Below are positions 17,862-30,315 of a DNA stretch of 64,000 nucleotides, piece after piece. The stretch's first letter is position 1. Every line of letters begins with the position of its first letter. The translations under genes were made by a program, and so were the position numbers. The notes under the pieces were generated by a model. That model did not search any database. It was not told where the DNA came from and saw nothing but the letters and a program-made list of their open reading frames with translations. The DNA lies in IMG/VR virus record IMGVR_UViG_3300036791_000892, positions 2,967 to 66,966 of that record. One strand, given 5' to 3'. This stretch comes from a virus.

Positions 17862-17928
17862 AAAAAGTTTCAAAGATTTCCTTGACATACTGCCAGCAAA
17901 GGACTTAATATAGACTAGACGAGGCCAC

Positions 17929-18660
17929 ATGGACAAAAAGAAATGTCGGTGCCAAAAACCCGCAAAGTTTTATTCCAAGCGATTAGGGGCACCGTTCTGT
18001 TCCGACAAATGCTATGAGGAAGCCCAGACTCCTCTTGATATCAACGAGCCCCACATCGTAGTGACGCGCAAGACCGGCGCCTACTTCAAGCAAGGCGAAA
18101 TCACATTCCACGTCGATGAACACAATCTCGATAAGGTATTAGGCGCAGGGACCTATTCAGGATCCAACTCGTGCTTGGACCTGTTGCTGGATTCGCAGGT
18201 CACAACTCTGGCCCTCGCAAATGGTCTAAGCGTCACACCTTTCGTCTACGAGCTGGTAAAGCATCCACTCCACGGCATCATCCAGATGGTTTGGTATAGA
18301 GATCTCAAGCATAATGTGGACTTCAAACATCTTGAGAAGAATCAAATCCAACGAATCCGGGACTACAACATAGCTCTGGCAAGTTACAAGCCGGGGGAGA
18401 ACGGGGAGGCCAAGCGAGTTACGAAGAAGGCATCCATGCTCTCCACTGTTTTTCGGGTCATCAAAAAACATCCAAAAGTTCCAGCCGGACGTGCAACCCA
18501 AATGCTGAGTGTGATAAAATCCTTCCCTGATGGAGCTACGCTCGCACAAATCATCGAAGCTGCGCCGGACAAGGTCAAGACCAAACAACCAATTGACAAA
18601 ATCTGCACCCGCTTTGTGGGGGAGCTAATGAAGGCTGGAGCAGTGGAGGAAGTTAAGTGA
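17929..18660 (+). CDS. hypothetical protein, N-terminal Zn motif and C-terminal winged-helix-like region
   Basis: CRC...FCSDKC; GATLAQII...ELMKAGAV. Confidence 0.55.
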   Translation: MDKKKCRCQKPAKFYSKRLGAPFCSDKCYEEAQTPLDINEPHIVVTRKTGAYFKQGEITFHVDEHNLDKVLGAGTYSGSNSCLDLLLDSQVTTLALANGLSVTPFVYELVKHPLHGIIQMVWYRDLKHNVDFKHLEKNQIQRIRDYNIALASYKPGENGEAKRVTKKASMLSTVFRVIKKHPKVPAGRATQMLSVIKSFPDGATLAQIIEAAPDKVKTKQPIDKICTRFVGELMKAGAVEEVK

Positions 18661-18687
18661 CCACACAATTTAAAAAGGAGCAACAAA

Positions 18688-19104
18688 ATGGCAGAAAAGA
18701 AGAAAGCTAAGAAAGTACTATCCAAAAAACCAACCAAGAAAGAGAAGGAAAAGAAAAATACCATCGGCACAACCGAGGTAGCCAAGAAGTTCGGTATCGA
18801 ACCAACAGCCCTACGGCGCCTGCTCAGGGCCGAAGGTTACAACACCAAAGGCGAGTACAGCCGCTATGAATGGGACAAGGATGAAGATCTTTCCGACATC
18901 AAGGAACTGATCGACAAGATGAAAGAAGGAAAGAAGAAGAAAAACGGCAAAGGCAAAACCAAGGCAACCAAGAAAAAGAAGAAGGCGGAGCCTGAAGATA
19001 CCGAGGATTTGGAGGGCGAAGAAGAAGAAGAACCCCTCGACGAAGAAGGAACCTCGGACGACGAAGAAGAAGAGGAAGAGGAAGAAGAAGAAGTTGACGA
19101 CTGA
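18688..19104 (+). CDS. third HTH paralogue with Lys-rich and poly-acidic tails
   Basis: GTTEVAKKFGIEPTALRRLLR...YSRY. Confidence 0.7.
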   Translation: MAEKKKAKKVLSKKPTKKEKEKKNTIGTTEVAKKFGIEPTALRRLLRAEGYNTKGEYSRYEWDKDEDLSDIKELIDKMKEGKKKKNGKGKTKATKKKKKAEPEDTEDLEGEEEEEPLDEEGTSDDEEEEEEEEEEVDD

Positions 19105-19205
19105 GGCCGGCCTGTAAACCTGTGTAATCTGTGAGCGGACTTCGGAGGTCCGCTCCTCTTCCTAGACCCCTTGACATGCGAGAATCTCTTAATTATGATA
19201 ATGGC

Positions 19206-20997
19206 ATGTCATTATCGAATTACCCGCCAGGTCATCCAACCGGAGTATCACACGGAGAATCGTCCGTTGTCTATCACTGCGAACCATGCTGTCGCTGGAT
19301 AACTCCAGAAGATACTGATGCTCTGAAATTCCGACTTCAACTCAAACATAAAAAACAACCGACTTGCCCACAATGCAACAAGCCGGTCGAACGGGCTCTG
19401 TGTGATAACTGCGATGCGCCTGCAACGCGAATCGACGAGGACAGAGCAGTAAACTTCTACATGGCATATTGCGATCAGTGCAGGATGAGGTAAGACATGG
19501 ATCAATTGGTAATCGCGGTTAAAGAACATGCAAGAAAACACTATAATGAAGATGGGTGGGACATTCTTGAACTTTACGATGATACCGATATTGTGGAGGC
19601 AATCGGGTGTGCAAGCACCAAAGCAGGAGCTATTCGTAATGTTGGAAAAGAGCTGCGTACTCATCTCAGGAGGTAAACATGGGAAAACTAGTAAAAACTG
19701 ACGGAACTGAAGAGGATCTGCAACCTCGGAATAAGAAGTTCGTTTTTAACGGCGAGCTCTACAAGATCCTCACAACTGATATGATTCAAGTCATCCGACT
19801 AGCCGACGGGAGCTTGATGCTGTTGGATGAGATGGCAAAGCTTCATCGGCCTCTAAAGCCTCTGAACCAGAAAGCAACCGAACTGCTGCGACAAGCCGGA
19901 AGCCTTCCCGGCGACTATGTTCTAGGCGATGTTGTTATCTGCTCACGCAAGGAGTTCAGAAGATGAAGAAAAAAATGGTTCCATCTGTTCAACCAGAAGA
20001 CACCTCCATCCCTTCGTATCGGGAGGATTAAGATGACCACTACGGGAAGTAAACCGATTATCGTTCTCGCTGGTAATTACCGTGAGTTCAGGGACTACGC
20101 CAAAGGAGACAAACGATGCATCTTCGGCGATCGGGAAGATAAACTACGCGGCCTAGACGCTGAAAAGGTGGTTGAGGTCGGGACGTTTTGGCAACGCAAA
20201 GATTCCCACGAGCTGTTTCAAATTGCAAGATTGCAGGTACGAGGTAAAACCCCATGACCGCTAAAGTAGAGCCGCGGTGTCCGGAGTGCAATATTCAGTT
20301 CGATCATACATGGGAACGCGGCGATATTGCCGTGGTCTGTCCCAACTTGCACCGGTTTCCAATTGAGAAAGTTTCCGACTTCGCCCAATTCTTTCTCACA
20401 CCACCGGAACCGTCACCAGCCGAGAAGTATGAAGCATATCGGCAGGATAATTGGGATCACAATTTACCCGAGTGGGACAAGTTGCCGCCGGAAGAGAAAG
20501 CAAAATGGTCTCCCCCCGATCCGCCTTTAAAGCAGCGTCTTAAGTTAATAAAAGACCTGTTCGTGAACGAGGACAACCGTATTGGTTTCGGAATTGAAGG
20601 ATCAAACGGCTTACTTGAGCTGGAGGAGCTCATTAAAGAGATACCAAACCCTTGACAAATAGAGAAACTCTAGCTAAAATAGATACAGAGGCCAAATAAA
20701 ATGCCGGAACAATTTGAATCTCAGCCTAAGCCGGTGGATAATGCCATCGGTATGGTTGTCACGCAGAGTGAAGATGAGGCAAGACGCACCATCAACTTTC
20801 TGCGAGGACGATTTAGTTACAACAGCATAGGATGGTTTTATAAGGAGGGCTGTTACAATGTCCTCATTATTGGAAAACCAGAAGATTTTGTCGGAGGGGA
20901 AGAATATTTCCACTATCTCAAAGGAATCCTCGACAAATATCTTCATGATGAGCTCATGCCAAGCTCTCTTCCATTAGAAGTATTTCAGGAGGTATAT
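19206..20997 (+). other. small early genes (19206 Zn-finger, 19497, 19679 DUF3846-like, 20033, 20254, 20701)
   Basis: promoters at 19171-19199 (leaderless ATG 19206) and 20652-20680; ORF packing. Confidence 0.65.
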
Positions 20998-20999
20998 CT

Positions 21000-21833
21000 G
21001 TGAACGGTAAAGAAAAAGTGCTCGACACCTTGGGCAAACTCAGGGCCCACATGGAGTCAGCACAAGACCTCGGTAGCGAGCAGGAAGCACAGGCTTTCGC
21101 CGAGATGATTCAAAGACTTCTCATCAAACATAAACTCGAGATGACTGACATCCAGTACAACAAGCATCTCCAAGACGAACCAGTTGAGGAATATCGGGTC
21201 GGCGGTGGCACAATGCCCCAATCACCTGGTTCACGAGTAAGAGTAATGGTTGACTTTCCCGATGTTGAAGTCGCCGGCCAACGAATTGAGTGGATGGAAA
21301 CTCTTGGAGGAGTCATCGCCAGAGCACATTCCTGTTCCATTCTCGTTCCTGCCAAAGGCAGCTCGCTCATCTGGTTTGTGGGCAGACATTCCGACATAAA
21401 GGTTGCGGAATACATGTATGTCACCATGATCCGCGCTGTCAATAAACTCTCCCACAAGGCATACATGAAGCTGCGTAGAGAATGTCGGGCTCAGGATAAC
21501 GGAGGAGGGAGATACCTAGGCAGGACTTATCACTTCAAGGAGAGTTGGAGAGCTGGTTTTATTACCAGACTCCATGAAAGATTTGAGGAGGCCAAGCGCG
21601 AGATGGAAGGGGCCGGCTCAAAAACTGCTCTGGTAAGAATCAACAAGGAGGCTCTGGCAGTCCGAGATTATATGAAGGAAAAATTCGGAGACAAGTCAGC
21701 CAGGAGTCTCGGGGGGGCTAGAGGTCATAACTCTGAAGGATATCTTAAAGGTAAAGAGATGGCCGATGGCATCAACTTGAAACCTAATGTAATGGAAGGT
21801 GGTAACCCGGAAGTACCGAAGGAGCTAAAATGA
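21000..21833 (+). CDS. DUF2786-domain protein
   Basis: KVLDxLxKL...EAQAFAExxQRLLIKHxL N-terminus; FVG..SD...AEY.Y; SWRAGF. Confidence 0.75.
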   Translation: MNGKEKVLDTLGKLRAHMESAQDLGSEQEAQAFAEMIQRLLIKHKLEMTDIQYNKHLQDEPVEEYRVGGGTMPQSPGSRVRVMVDFPDVEVAGQRIEWMETLGGVIARAHSCSILVPAKGSSLIWFVGRHSDIKVAEYMYVTMIRAVNKLSHKAYMKLRRECRAQDNGGGRYLGRTYHFKESWRAGFITRLHERFEEAKREMEGAGSKTALVRINKEALAVRDYMKEKFGDKSARSLGGARGHNSEGYLKGKEMADGINLKPNVMEGGNPEVPKELK

Positions 21834-24800
21834 GAAATGTGTTATCGAATGATGTAATCGATCTGGCAATCGAAGCTCTGCAAAGAGCTCGTAACCCCGA
21901 CCCATTCGTGGCGCGGGATAACTTAGACGCAGCTATCAGAGAGTTGGCTGTTCTAGTCAAGATAGAAGGAATCAACCCCGATGACAAGGGAATTAGTCCT
22001 ATGGTGATGCCGGTTATCATTCAACTCCACTTGTTATCGAGTTTCTTGGGGTGAGAAGATGAAAATAACACGAAGTCTTGCTGCTCTTGTCCGTAGTGGT
22101 AAAATAAAAATGTTAGTCGGTTCTCTTACTAAACCGGCGAAGCCGGGGCGCCAGAGTGGTAAGGGAAAGTCAATCCCTGTTGGTTCTATTAGCGGTAATT
22201 GCAAGGCCGGAAAATGTTGGAGTTGTACAAGTATTAATTGTGGTCATAAATGTCATGGCCAATCACTGGAGATCAAATGACTTTCCGATTCGTCGGCATC
22301 CACTCCTGCTCTGCTAGCGACTTCACCGAAATGGCTGATGAGAAAGAATATTCTCTGGTAACAGAGGCCTCATCGCTACAACTTCCGCCGGGAAATTTCC
22401 CCAGAGCTCTTGATATTGATGGAGAGAAATATTACGTGAGCTCATGGGACAAAGATGCAGTAAGATATCTCCATGATAATGGTTCAAGTGCAACGATACT
22501 AAACGATTGAGGGAGATTGACATGGCGAAGAACTACGACGACCCAAATCAGCCAGAGATGCAGACAGACAAGCCTTGTCCTGGCTGCCAGAACGACAACG
22601 TAGACCTGCTCATCTGGGACGACTTCGACAATATAGACGGACCCGTAACCTGTCTTACCTGTGGGACTCGATACCACCCGCATCATCCAGAGATACCGCC
22701 TACGAGGCCATCATGAAAGTTATGGAGGTAGTATATGAAAGCTGAATTAGTAAGGATGCCGGGATTCGCGGCTGCTGTTATCGTTCGAGAAGAGACATCT
22801 TATGACAGCAATTGCGTAGTCCTATTTCAAGGACAGTTCTGTTATCAACTGGCCCAAGCACTTGTCACCTCTGTGGAAAAAAACATGTGCCCAGAGTGCG
22901 GAGGATTCAATGGGGATCACAGAGAGAACTGGGTCAAGACGGGCCAGGATGGTTTCGGATCGGTGGAAGGATTCTGGCAGAAGTGCAACACTGCCAAGGT
23001 GAAGTCATGAAAAAAAGGATACCGGTTGTACCCCAGCTAATCCCAAGAGAGGTAAACGAACAGCAGAGAGACATGAGTGTTGTTACCACTATGGAGATTT
23101 TCAACAAGGTGAGAGACGATGCCGTCAATCAGAGATATTATGACAAAGAGATGTGGGAACATCTTGAGGGTAGATTAAAATACCTTCTCCACATGGTCGG
23201 AATGCAATAGAACCCTTGACAAGAGAATCTCTGGCATTTATAATTAGCCTATGAAAAACAAGACTAACGGAGGTAAAGGAAATAATATGCAGAAAGATGA
23301 TGTGATCGCTAAAGGAAAGAATGTGCTGGTTCGTCTGAAACGTGGGCAGGCACCCAGGAAGATGTTCTCCATGCTTCTCCCAACCGTAAAAGAGGATGAG
23401 TTCCTGGCGTACATTCACAAGATAACCAACAAGTCCATCATCCTTCACATCGATGACCCAAATGGAACCTACTTCGAGGTTCATTATCCGGCGAACAAGG
23501 CATATCAACTCAAGAGAGCGGAGGAATAATGGAGGAACATCGTCATCTCATGGACATGTGGGAGCTAGAGAACCTCATTAAATCTCCCACAACATCGAAA
23601 GAGGACAGAGAAGATGCAGAACTCCGCTTGCAGATACTCAAAGGACTTATCGAGTTCTGTATGAAGATGCAAAAGGAAACACCCCTATGCTACGAAGATG
23701 TCTGCACTTTGATCGTGGAATTGATATGAAATCGCCGTTTAGTCTAGTTAGGCTAGTATAGTCTGAATGCAATCGGAGACGCCAGGAGGCAATCAGGGAT
23801 GCCCTGAGATGCCTCTTTATTGGCAATTAGGCTAAAAATATCGATATGGGGAAAACATGGATAATAGCAATCTGAGAGTGAAATGGATAGATCGGCATAG
23901 AGAGCCGCAGTGCCCGCCTAACCCGGATTACCCAAATGGGATTGATCTGGATGTGACCCGTGGACAGGAAGCGAATTGTGAGACTAGCCTCCCCTATCCG
24001 GCCAAACGCTGTGGGTATTTTTTGATTGAGTGTTCTCTATGTAAACTTTCCGTTATTGTCACGACCGCTGGCAGACCGGATGATCCACGGTCAATCAAAT
24101 TGCCCTGCAACTTGAGTAATAAGGAGAATTGAGTTTTGAAGGAAAAAGAACTGATCCACGCACAGGTGCTTGTAGGGGGAGACACGTTTGTCGGTTTTCG
24201 CCGTTGTTTCAAATGCGGGCATGTAGAGTTAATGGACCCAAAACTATTTCCGTACGACAAACCTGGACCTACCCACTGTGGAACAACAATGATTCCGCTT
24301 TTGGATAAGGAAGTGAGTTATTATTTGGAGAAGGAATGGAAGATTAAAGAGAACCTCCGTAACTTCTCCCGCCTCCTTGAATCGGGAGGATTAACAACTG
24401 AATGAGGTAGAGATGACTCAAGACGAAATGAATAAAGAACTCGACGATGCCCTGACTGAGGCAATCTACAATGGGGATATAACGCCATACACCTCTGTGA
24501 AGAACATAAAGAAAATTCTTAGTTGCATGGTTCAATTCAGCGATGAGCAGTGGCAGCAGTTTGCCATCTACTGCTTACAGGTGACAATGGACCAAAGAAC
24601 TGAGATACCGAAGGAAAGAATACAGTGATATGAAAACACCAACACATTACGAACTCTACGACCCTCTCAGCGGGAGGACGATAGTTACAGAAAAGTTTAG
24701 ACCTCCCGCCACGTCATGGAAGAATGCTGTGACGCGGATCGGAAAAATTAACCTCCAACTTACCAAGCATCAAGCTCTTAATCGCGCAAGGCTGCCTCTG

Positions 24801-27800
24801 ACAGACAAGCAGAAAGAAGCTTTGTTGCGTTCCTGGGACTCAGCTCGCTTGGAAGCCATTAGAGACCAGATTAACGTCCTGACGAAAGAATACTTGCAGT
24901 TGGTCGCACCGACGCCTGAGGAACTCGCTGAGGCCAGAGAACAGATATCCGAGGACGGTAGTGGCTGTGCTGAGGTATTGTCCGACCTCGACGACTGCCT
25001 CGGCCAATATATGATTGCCGACGAGATCCTAGCTATGAGGAGTGACAGGCAGGACAAACCCCTTGACACAAAGATCTCTGACAATTAATATTAATCATGT
25101 CAGACAATCAGATCTACGAGAGGAAACGAAACATAAGACTATGATTGCTCAAATCTACACTGTGAAATCCCTGATGGGACAGGATGATATGCGACCTCGC
25201 CCAGAACTCGGAGAGACCCAGGTGCGACATGCTGATATGTTGCGCTACGACCTGGCTTTCCACAACCCGGACAATCCGAATGAGGTCATTTTCCCCGTAT
25301 TCAAAGGACCATACGGACTCAGCTCAAGAACAATAACCACTGCTCGCTGGCATTCCTTCTCGATGATTCTTCAAGCGAATCTGGCGAAGAATCGATACAT
25401 CGAAAATTATGGAGATTGGATTACGTATCGCCATCCTGACGGAAAGCACTTCGACCTCGTCCCACAAACCTTGAGAGAATACTTGGAGTCTCAGAAGAGA
25501 ACCAAGCTGGCGGAGAGGCACAGATGAATACCCATTGGATGGCTTACGACGCCGACGACCAAGGCAGCTCTCACGAATCACGCGAGGATGCAGTAACTTA
25601 TCTCGCTAACAAATACAACATGTCCGATGCTCAGAAGGCTGAGCTCGGTAAAGATCTGGTCACCAGAGTTAAGAAAGGTCGCAGGAAAATCCTGATTGCA
25701 GTAGAGTCCTGCGATTGCACTGATGGAGAACATGAGGAGGATGAATGAACGTGTGGTGGATGGTAGTCGCAACTCCTTTCATATTCGGAGGTGTGTGGTT
25801 CTACGTATATAAAGGTTTCAGGAAGAAGAAGAAGTTTCATCACCATATCGGGACATTCCCGAGCGGAAAGGATAAACAATGAAGGTCATCTTATATCCGG
25901 GTGGCGGGGATTCCATCGAGTATGAGGATTGTACTCTAGTCAGCGTGATAGATTCCGGACATGGAGAACCTGATGCTGTTGTCTTCACAGACAATGAAGG
26001 GTTCTTACACACAGCTCATAACATGCCCTTTCAGGTAATCGAGAAGCCATGATCCATCGAGCTCGATATAAATCTGCCGAGGAAATTGCTCAGCTGGAGT
26101 GGGTGAAGAAGTGTAGATGCAATAAGATAGTTGAGGATGTCATCAACCACCCTCAAAATTTTCTGGTTGATACAGAGCTGTGTGCAGAAAATCTAGTTAG
26201 ATGCTGCGGGTGTCATCAGATACTCGGTACTGTAAGAGGAGTATATGATATCCGGTTCAGAGCACTTGTACCTTTTGACATGATCGACATAGAAGAAGGA
26301 GAATATCATGAAGAAGAAACAAGGTAAGGATTATATTCTAACAACTACAAATGACACCGGTAGAGAAGAGGGTCACAGTCATGAAGGGCTTGGACAGAAC
26401 GTGGATGAGATTCAACGTGTAGGCGCGATCGTTGTACTTAACCCACGTCAGACTTCGGTCATCATAGCAGATGCCACATCTTGCCCTGAGTGTGGCAGCG
26501 GTTATAGGATAATAATGAACAAGGTAAAGGGCCGCGGATGGTGTAGAAACGAGTGGCACACAGTCACACCTGTGGACCCGCCGGAGAAAAAATCTGGTGA
26601 GTAAACCCTTGACAAAGAGATCTTTATCAAATATACTTGACAAATGACAGACGAAATCCTACCGAGTCTCATGAAAAATCCGAAGGAGATTTTGAGTTAC
26701 ATGATGGCCGGAAAATCAAGTTTTACCATCGCATCCAAACCAACTGGCAAGACCTATAAATTTAAGGTCAATATCTCCGACGATGGTAGTGTTCATTTCG
26801 TTTCCGTCCTGTGGGGATCAGGCCATAAGTCCAGCTATCGCTACCTCGGAATCATCGGTAAAGATGGAGTCTTCAAGACAACCCGAAGATCTGCTGGTCA
26901 ATTAGCTAATAACCCACAGGCAAAAGCATTCGATTGGGTGCTACGCTATGTCAGTCACCCAGGAGCTAAGGATCTCGTCAATTTGGAGTTCTGGAAAGAA
27001 GAGGAGAAAAAAGATGGCAGATAGCAGACCCTGTCCCTGTGGAAGCGGATTACCCTCATGGTGGGAGTATGACGCACAGAATATTCCTCTGTGCCGCGTA
27101 TGTCCCAAGTGCAGAGGGGAAAAACTTTCACACTACCGCCCAGAGATCTTAACTGGGTACACGCAAGCCGATGTCGATGAGCCCATTGAGGAGGATTAAT
27201 GAGAACCGTGATACATCTTTGAGCTGACGGGACTTTTACTGCCCGGCGGGCGGATGCAATACTTCCAAGATCAGTGGAGATGGCAATACCTGTGATGGTT
27301 GTGCCATCTGAGGAGCTGGCTAAAGACCTCATGATATTGACCTGCAAAAAATCCTATGATGAAGAAAGATTCATCATCAATCCAGAAAGCGGATTTATGA
27401 GAGGAGAGGTATCAACTCTTCCCGATGCAACACGATACCTCGAAAGAAACCTGAGCTTGATAATGAATAGGAGTAAAATCAATGAGTAGACAAACGTGGA
27501 ACATTCCCGTACACAAGGAAGCACACGCCAAACTAGCCTCAGAAGGTTATTACTTTGTAGAAAGCAAATACGAAGGTGAGATAGCCGTCTCCAAGTACCG
27601 GAATGATTCTGGGAACATTAAACGGGTATCACAGTATGGAGATATCAAAAATGGTGAAGCAAAAAGATAGGATTCCTGTCATCATTGATACACTCCCGTA
27701 AAGATGCCAGGAGGTCGTCTACATGACTTACGAAACAAACGCGAGTGTATCAATGGTAACAGGAGCGAGCATGAAGATCAAGAGAACTGTTTCAAGTAGA

Positions 27801-28848
27801 AACGATAGTAATAACCTTATAGATCTCGATCAAGCAGTTAGAGAAATCCATAGGTATAACCATATGCAACAACCATTGATCCAACAAGCATTACGTGATG
27901 GATCAACAATATTAGCCTCCGGTCATTATTACTACCGTCAACCATCAATCTTGGACATGTTGAATGAAGATAACAACTTCGACAAATTGATGGAGATAAT
28001 TATTAAAAAGTTTGGCGACCAAGGAAGCTGTGAGAATGTGGAAGATCTGATTCTGGATAGTGACAGCGATCGCCGCGAAATTCTTCAAGAGGTATTTGCC
28101 TTCGCGGATGAGGTATTGGGATTATGAGCGAAGTATGTTTGAGTCCTCGTTGGACAAAAGAAGAACACGAAAAGATTGAGTTCTTACGTAATGAATACTA
28201 CCGCATCGGTAAGGAACTGAAAGAGATTGTTAAACCAACTGACGAAGAGATTAAAGATCTCATAGAAGATCTAAATCTTAACCGCGAAATTTATACAAGC
28301 TACATGGAGGAAGATCCATTTTTCCAATCAGAAAACATCTACGATGAATGTAACGCTCAATTAGAGGCAGAACAAGATGACAAAAGCTGAGGCAGTAAAG
28401 GCACTTAGAGAACGGCGTAAACATCCTCCTAATCAAATCGACAACTCCAGCTTGTATGCTGGCTCGGACATGTACTACTACTGCATCTCTTGTGGGGCTC
28501 TGGCAGATCAATTACCTGAGACACATATGAGCAGGCCGAAAAAGCTCTGCAATGAATGTCAGGAAATGAAAGACAATGGATGGTTGAATGAAAAGAGCAA
28601 GAATTAAATCCTTTGAGAATTTGCCAGAGTGGTTGAAATGCTGCCCTCAGATGATCGAGGAGACAAAGGAAACTACTGGGCAAGTTATAACTATAACCGA
28701 GGCTAGATGGAGAACTACTGTTAAGTGTGGATATTGCGGTTCCGAGAAAGATGGCAAACTTTATACCGAAGCCAAGGTAAACGGAGGTTTTATCTGGATT
28801 CCATTGGAAGTGCTCGATATTGATGAAGGGGAAACAAGTGACAATTAA
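21830..28848 (+). other. about 28 small early hypothetical genes, many with CxxC pairs
   Basis: densely packed plus-strand ORFs; promoters at 23216-23244, 25063-25091, 26609-26637. Confidence 0.65.
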
Positions 28849-29272
28849 AGTTGGTTTCACCGGAACCCAGAAAGGAATGACTCCGGCACAAGAGTTTAGA
28901 CTTAGAAAAGAACTTGAAATACTCCGCCGCCAAGGTGCCAGAAAGTTCCATCATGGAGATTGTATCGGAGCAGACGAGCAGGCCCATAAGATAGCAAAAA
29001 GTTTAGGGTATGAAATTCATATTCATCCTCCTACCAACAGTATCAAAAGAGCTTTTTGTAAAGGAGATGTCGTTTATCCTGAGCGGGATTATATAGCTCG
29101 CAATCATAATATCGTATCTCTATGTGATATGTTGATAGCAACTCCAGGAACAATCAATGAGCAATTGAGATCTGGCACCTGGGCAACAGTCCGTTATGCA
29201 AGGAAGGTTGGGAAGAAAACCGTTATTATTTTAAAGGAGAATAGAGAAGGAGAGATCATTGACAATCTCTAA
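28838..29272 (+). CDS. SLOG-superfamily (YspA/Smf-like) nucleotide-binding protein
   Basis: VGFTG...HHGDCIGAD...RNHNIV...SGTWATVRYA. Confidence 0.75.
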   Translation: MTIKVGFTGTQKGMTPAQEFRLRKELEILRRQGARKFHHGDCIGADEQAHKIAKSLGYEIHIHPPTNSIKRAFCKGDVVYPERDYIARNHNIVSLCDMLIATPGTINEQLRSGTWATVRYARKVGKKTVIILKENREGEIIDNL

Positions 29273-29294
29273 ATCTATCATGTATGATTTTTTA

Positions 29295-29495
29295 TGAGGC
29301 GGACATTGCTAAATCGAAGCATAGGATTGAAGGGAACTTGTTTGTCATGAACTCGACTCCACCCCGAAACCTATGCTTCGACTTGGCAATGAGGTCAAGA
29401 AACTAGCCATTTTGCTAGAGACGACTAGAATGGGTGCCAATAGACACGCTAAGGAGACCCGTAGGGGATCTGCCTCTGTCTATCGCATTCATACC
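29295..29495 (+). ncRNA. candidate structured RNA or long structured 5' leader
   Basis: promoter 29259-29288; 22-bp stem 29304-29325/29370-29391; second stem 29430-29446/29477-29492 with G-U pairs. Confidence 0.4.
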
Positions 29496-29532
29496 AAACA
29501 TAAACGAATAAAGGCCAAAAAAGGAGATTCAA

Positions 29533-30231
29533 GTGAAGCACAAGAGAAAGATTCACAGAGAAACCTCAAACGATGTGGAATCCAAGAAAGCTATTGCAAA
29601 GAGTGTTGTGATTCCGCCGTTTAATGCCATCATCGAACCAAAAGATGGTGAAGCATTTCCGGCCAAAATCACTCCTCTGGCTCCACTCACACCCGGAGTA
29701 CCGTCCTTCCCAATCATCCTACCGCCGGGGACAGTGCTTCCGCCGGGACTACCAATTGGGGGTTATCCGCCAGTCATCGGCGGTGGCCCGATTGTTCCAG
29801 GTACACCGGGCGCACCAGCATTCCCAATCGTATTGCCACCGGGAACTATATTTCCACCGGGAACACCGATTACGGGTTACCCACCAATAATAGGCGGTGG
29901 TCCGATTATTCCGCCGCCAGTAGATCCAACTGAACCACCACAACCAGGAGTCCCACAATTCCCGATTTGGGGACCTCCGGGCGTTGACTTCCCAGACAAT
30001 CCCGGTTATCCGCCATGGGTTGGCGGTGGGCCAATCATACCAATCGGAGAGCCGCCTGACACCGGCGATGTTCCTTCACATCCAATAAACCTTCCTCCAC
30101 CAGGCGAACCACCAGACGGGACGATGTGGGTGCTGGTTTACATTTACAGCATCGGCTGGATGTGGGTATTGGTTCCTATTCCAAATATGCCCAAATCAGA
30201 AGAGAGCGAAGAAGAAGAAGACGACGTTTAA
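29533..30231 (+). CDS. proline-rich repeat protein with C-terminal aromatic hairpin and acidic tail
   Basis: repeats FPIxLPPGT and GYPPxIGGGPIIP; SD AAGGAG. Confidence 0.7.
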   Translation: MKHKRKIHRETSNDVESKKAIAKSVVIPPFNAIIEPKDGEAFPAKITPLAPLTPGVPSFPIILPPGTVLPPGLPIGGYPPVIGGGPIVPGTPGAPAFPIVLPPGTIFPPGTPITGYPPIIGGGPIIPPPVDPTEPPQPGVPQFPIWGPPGVDFPDNPGYPPWVGGGPIIPIGEPPDTGDVPSHPINLPPPGEPPDGTMWVLVYIYSIGWMWVLVPIPNMPKSEESEEEEDDV

Positions 30232-30315
30232 CCCAACAGCCAACGGGGGTGGTAGAAATACCGCCCTCGTTTTTACACTTGACAAAGTAACCACATTTAA
30301 TTTAGGGTATATATT

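Noticed and set aside
29373-29624. 83-aa ORF over the structured region
   Set aside because: No SD, start buried in a stem, and it overlaps the better-supported Pro-rich gene.
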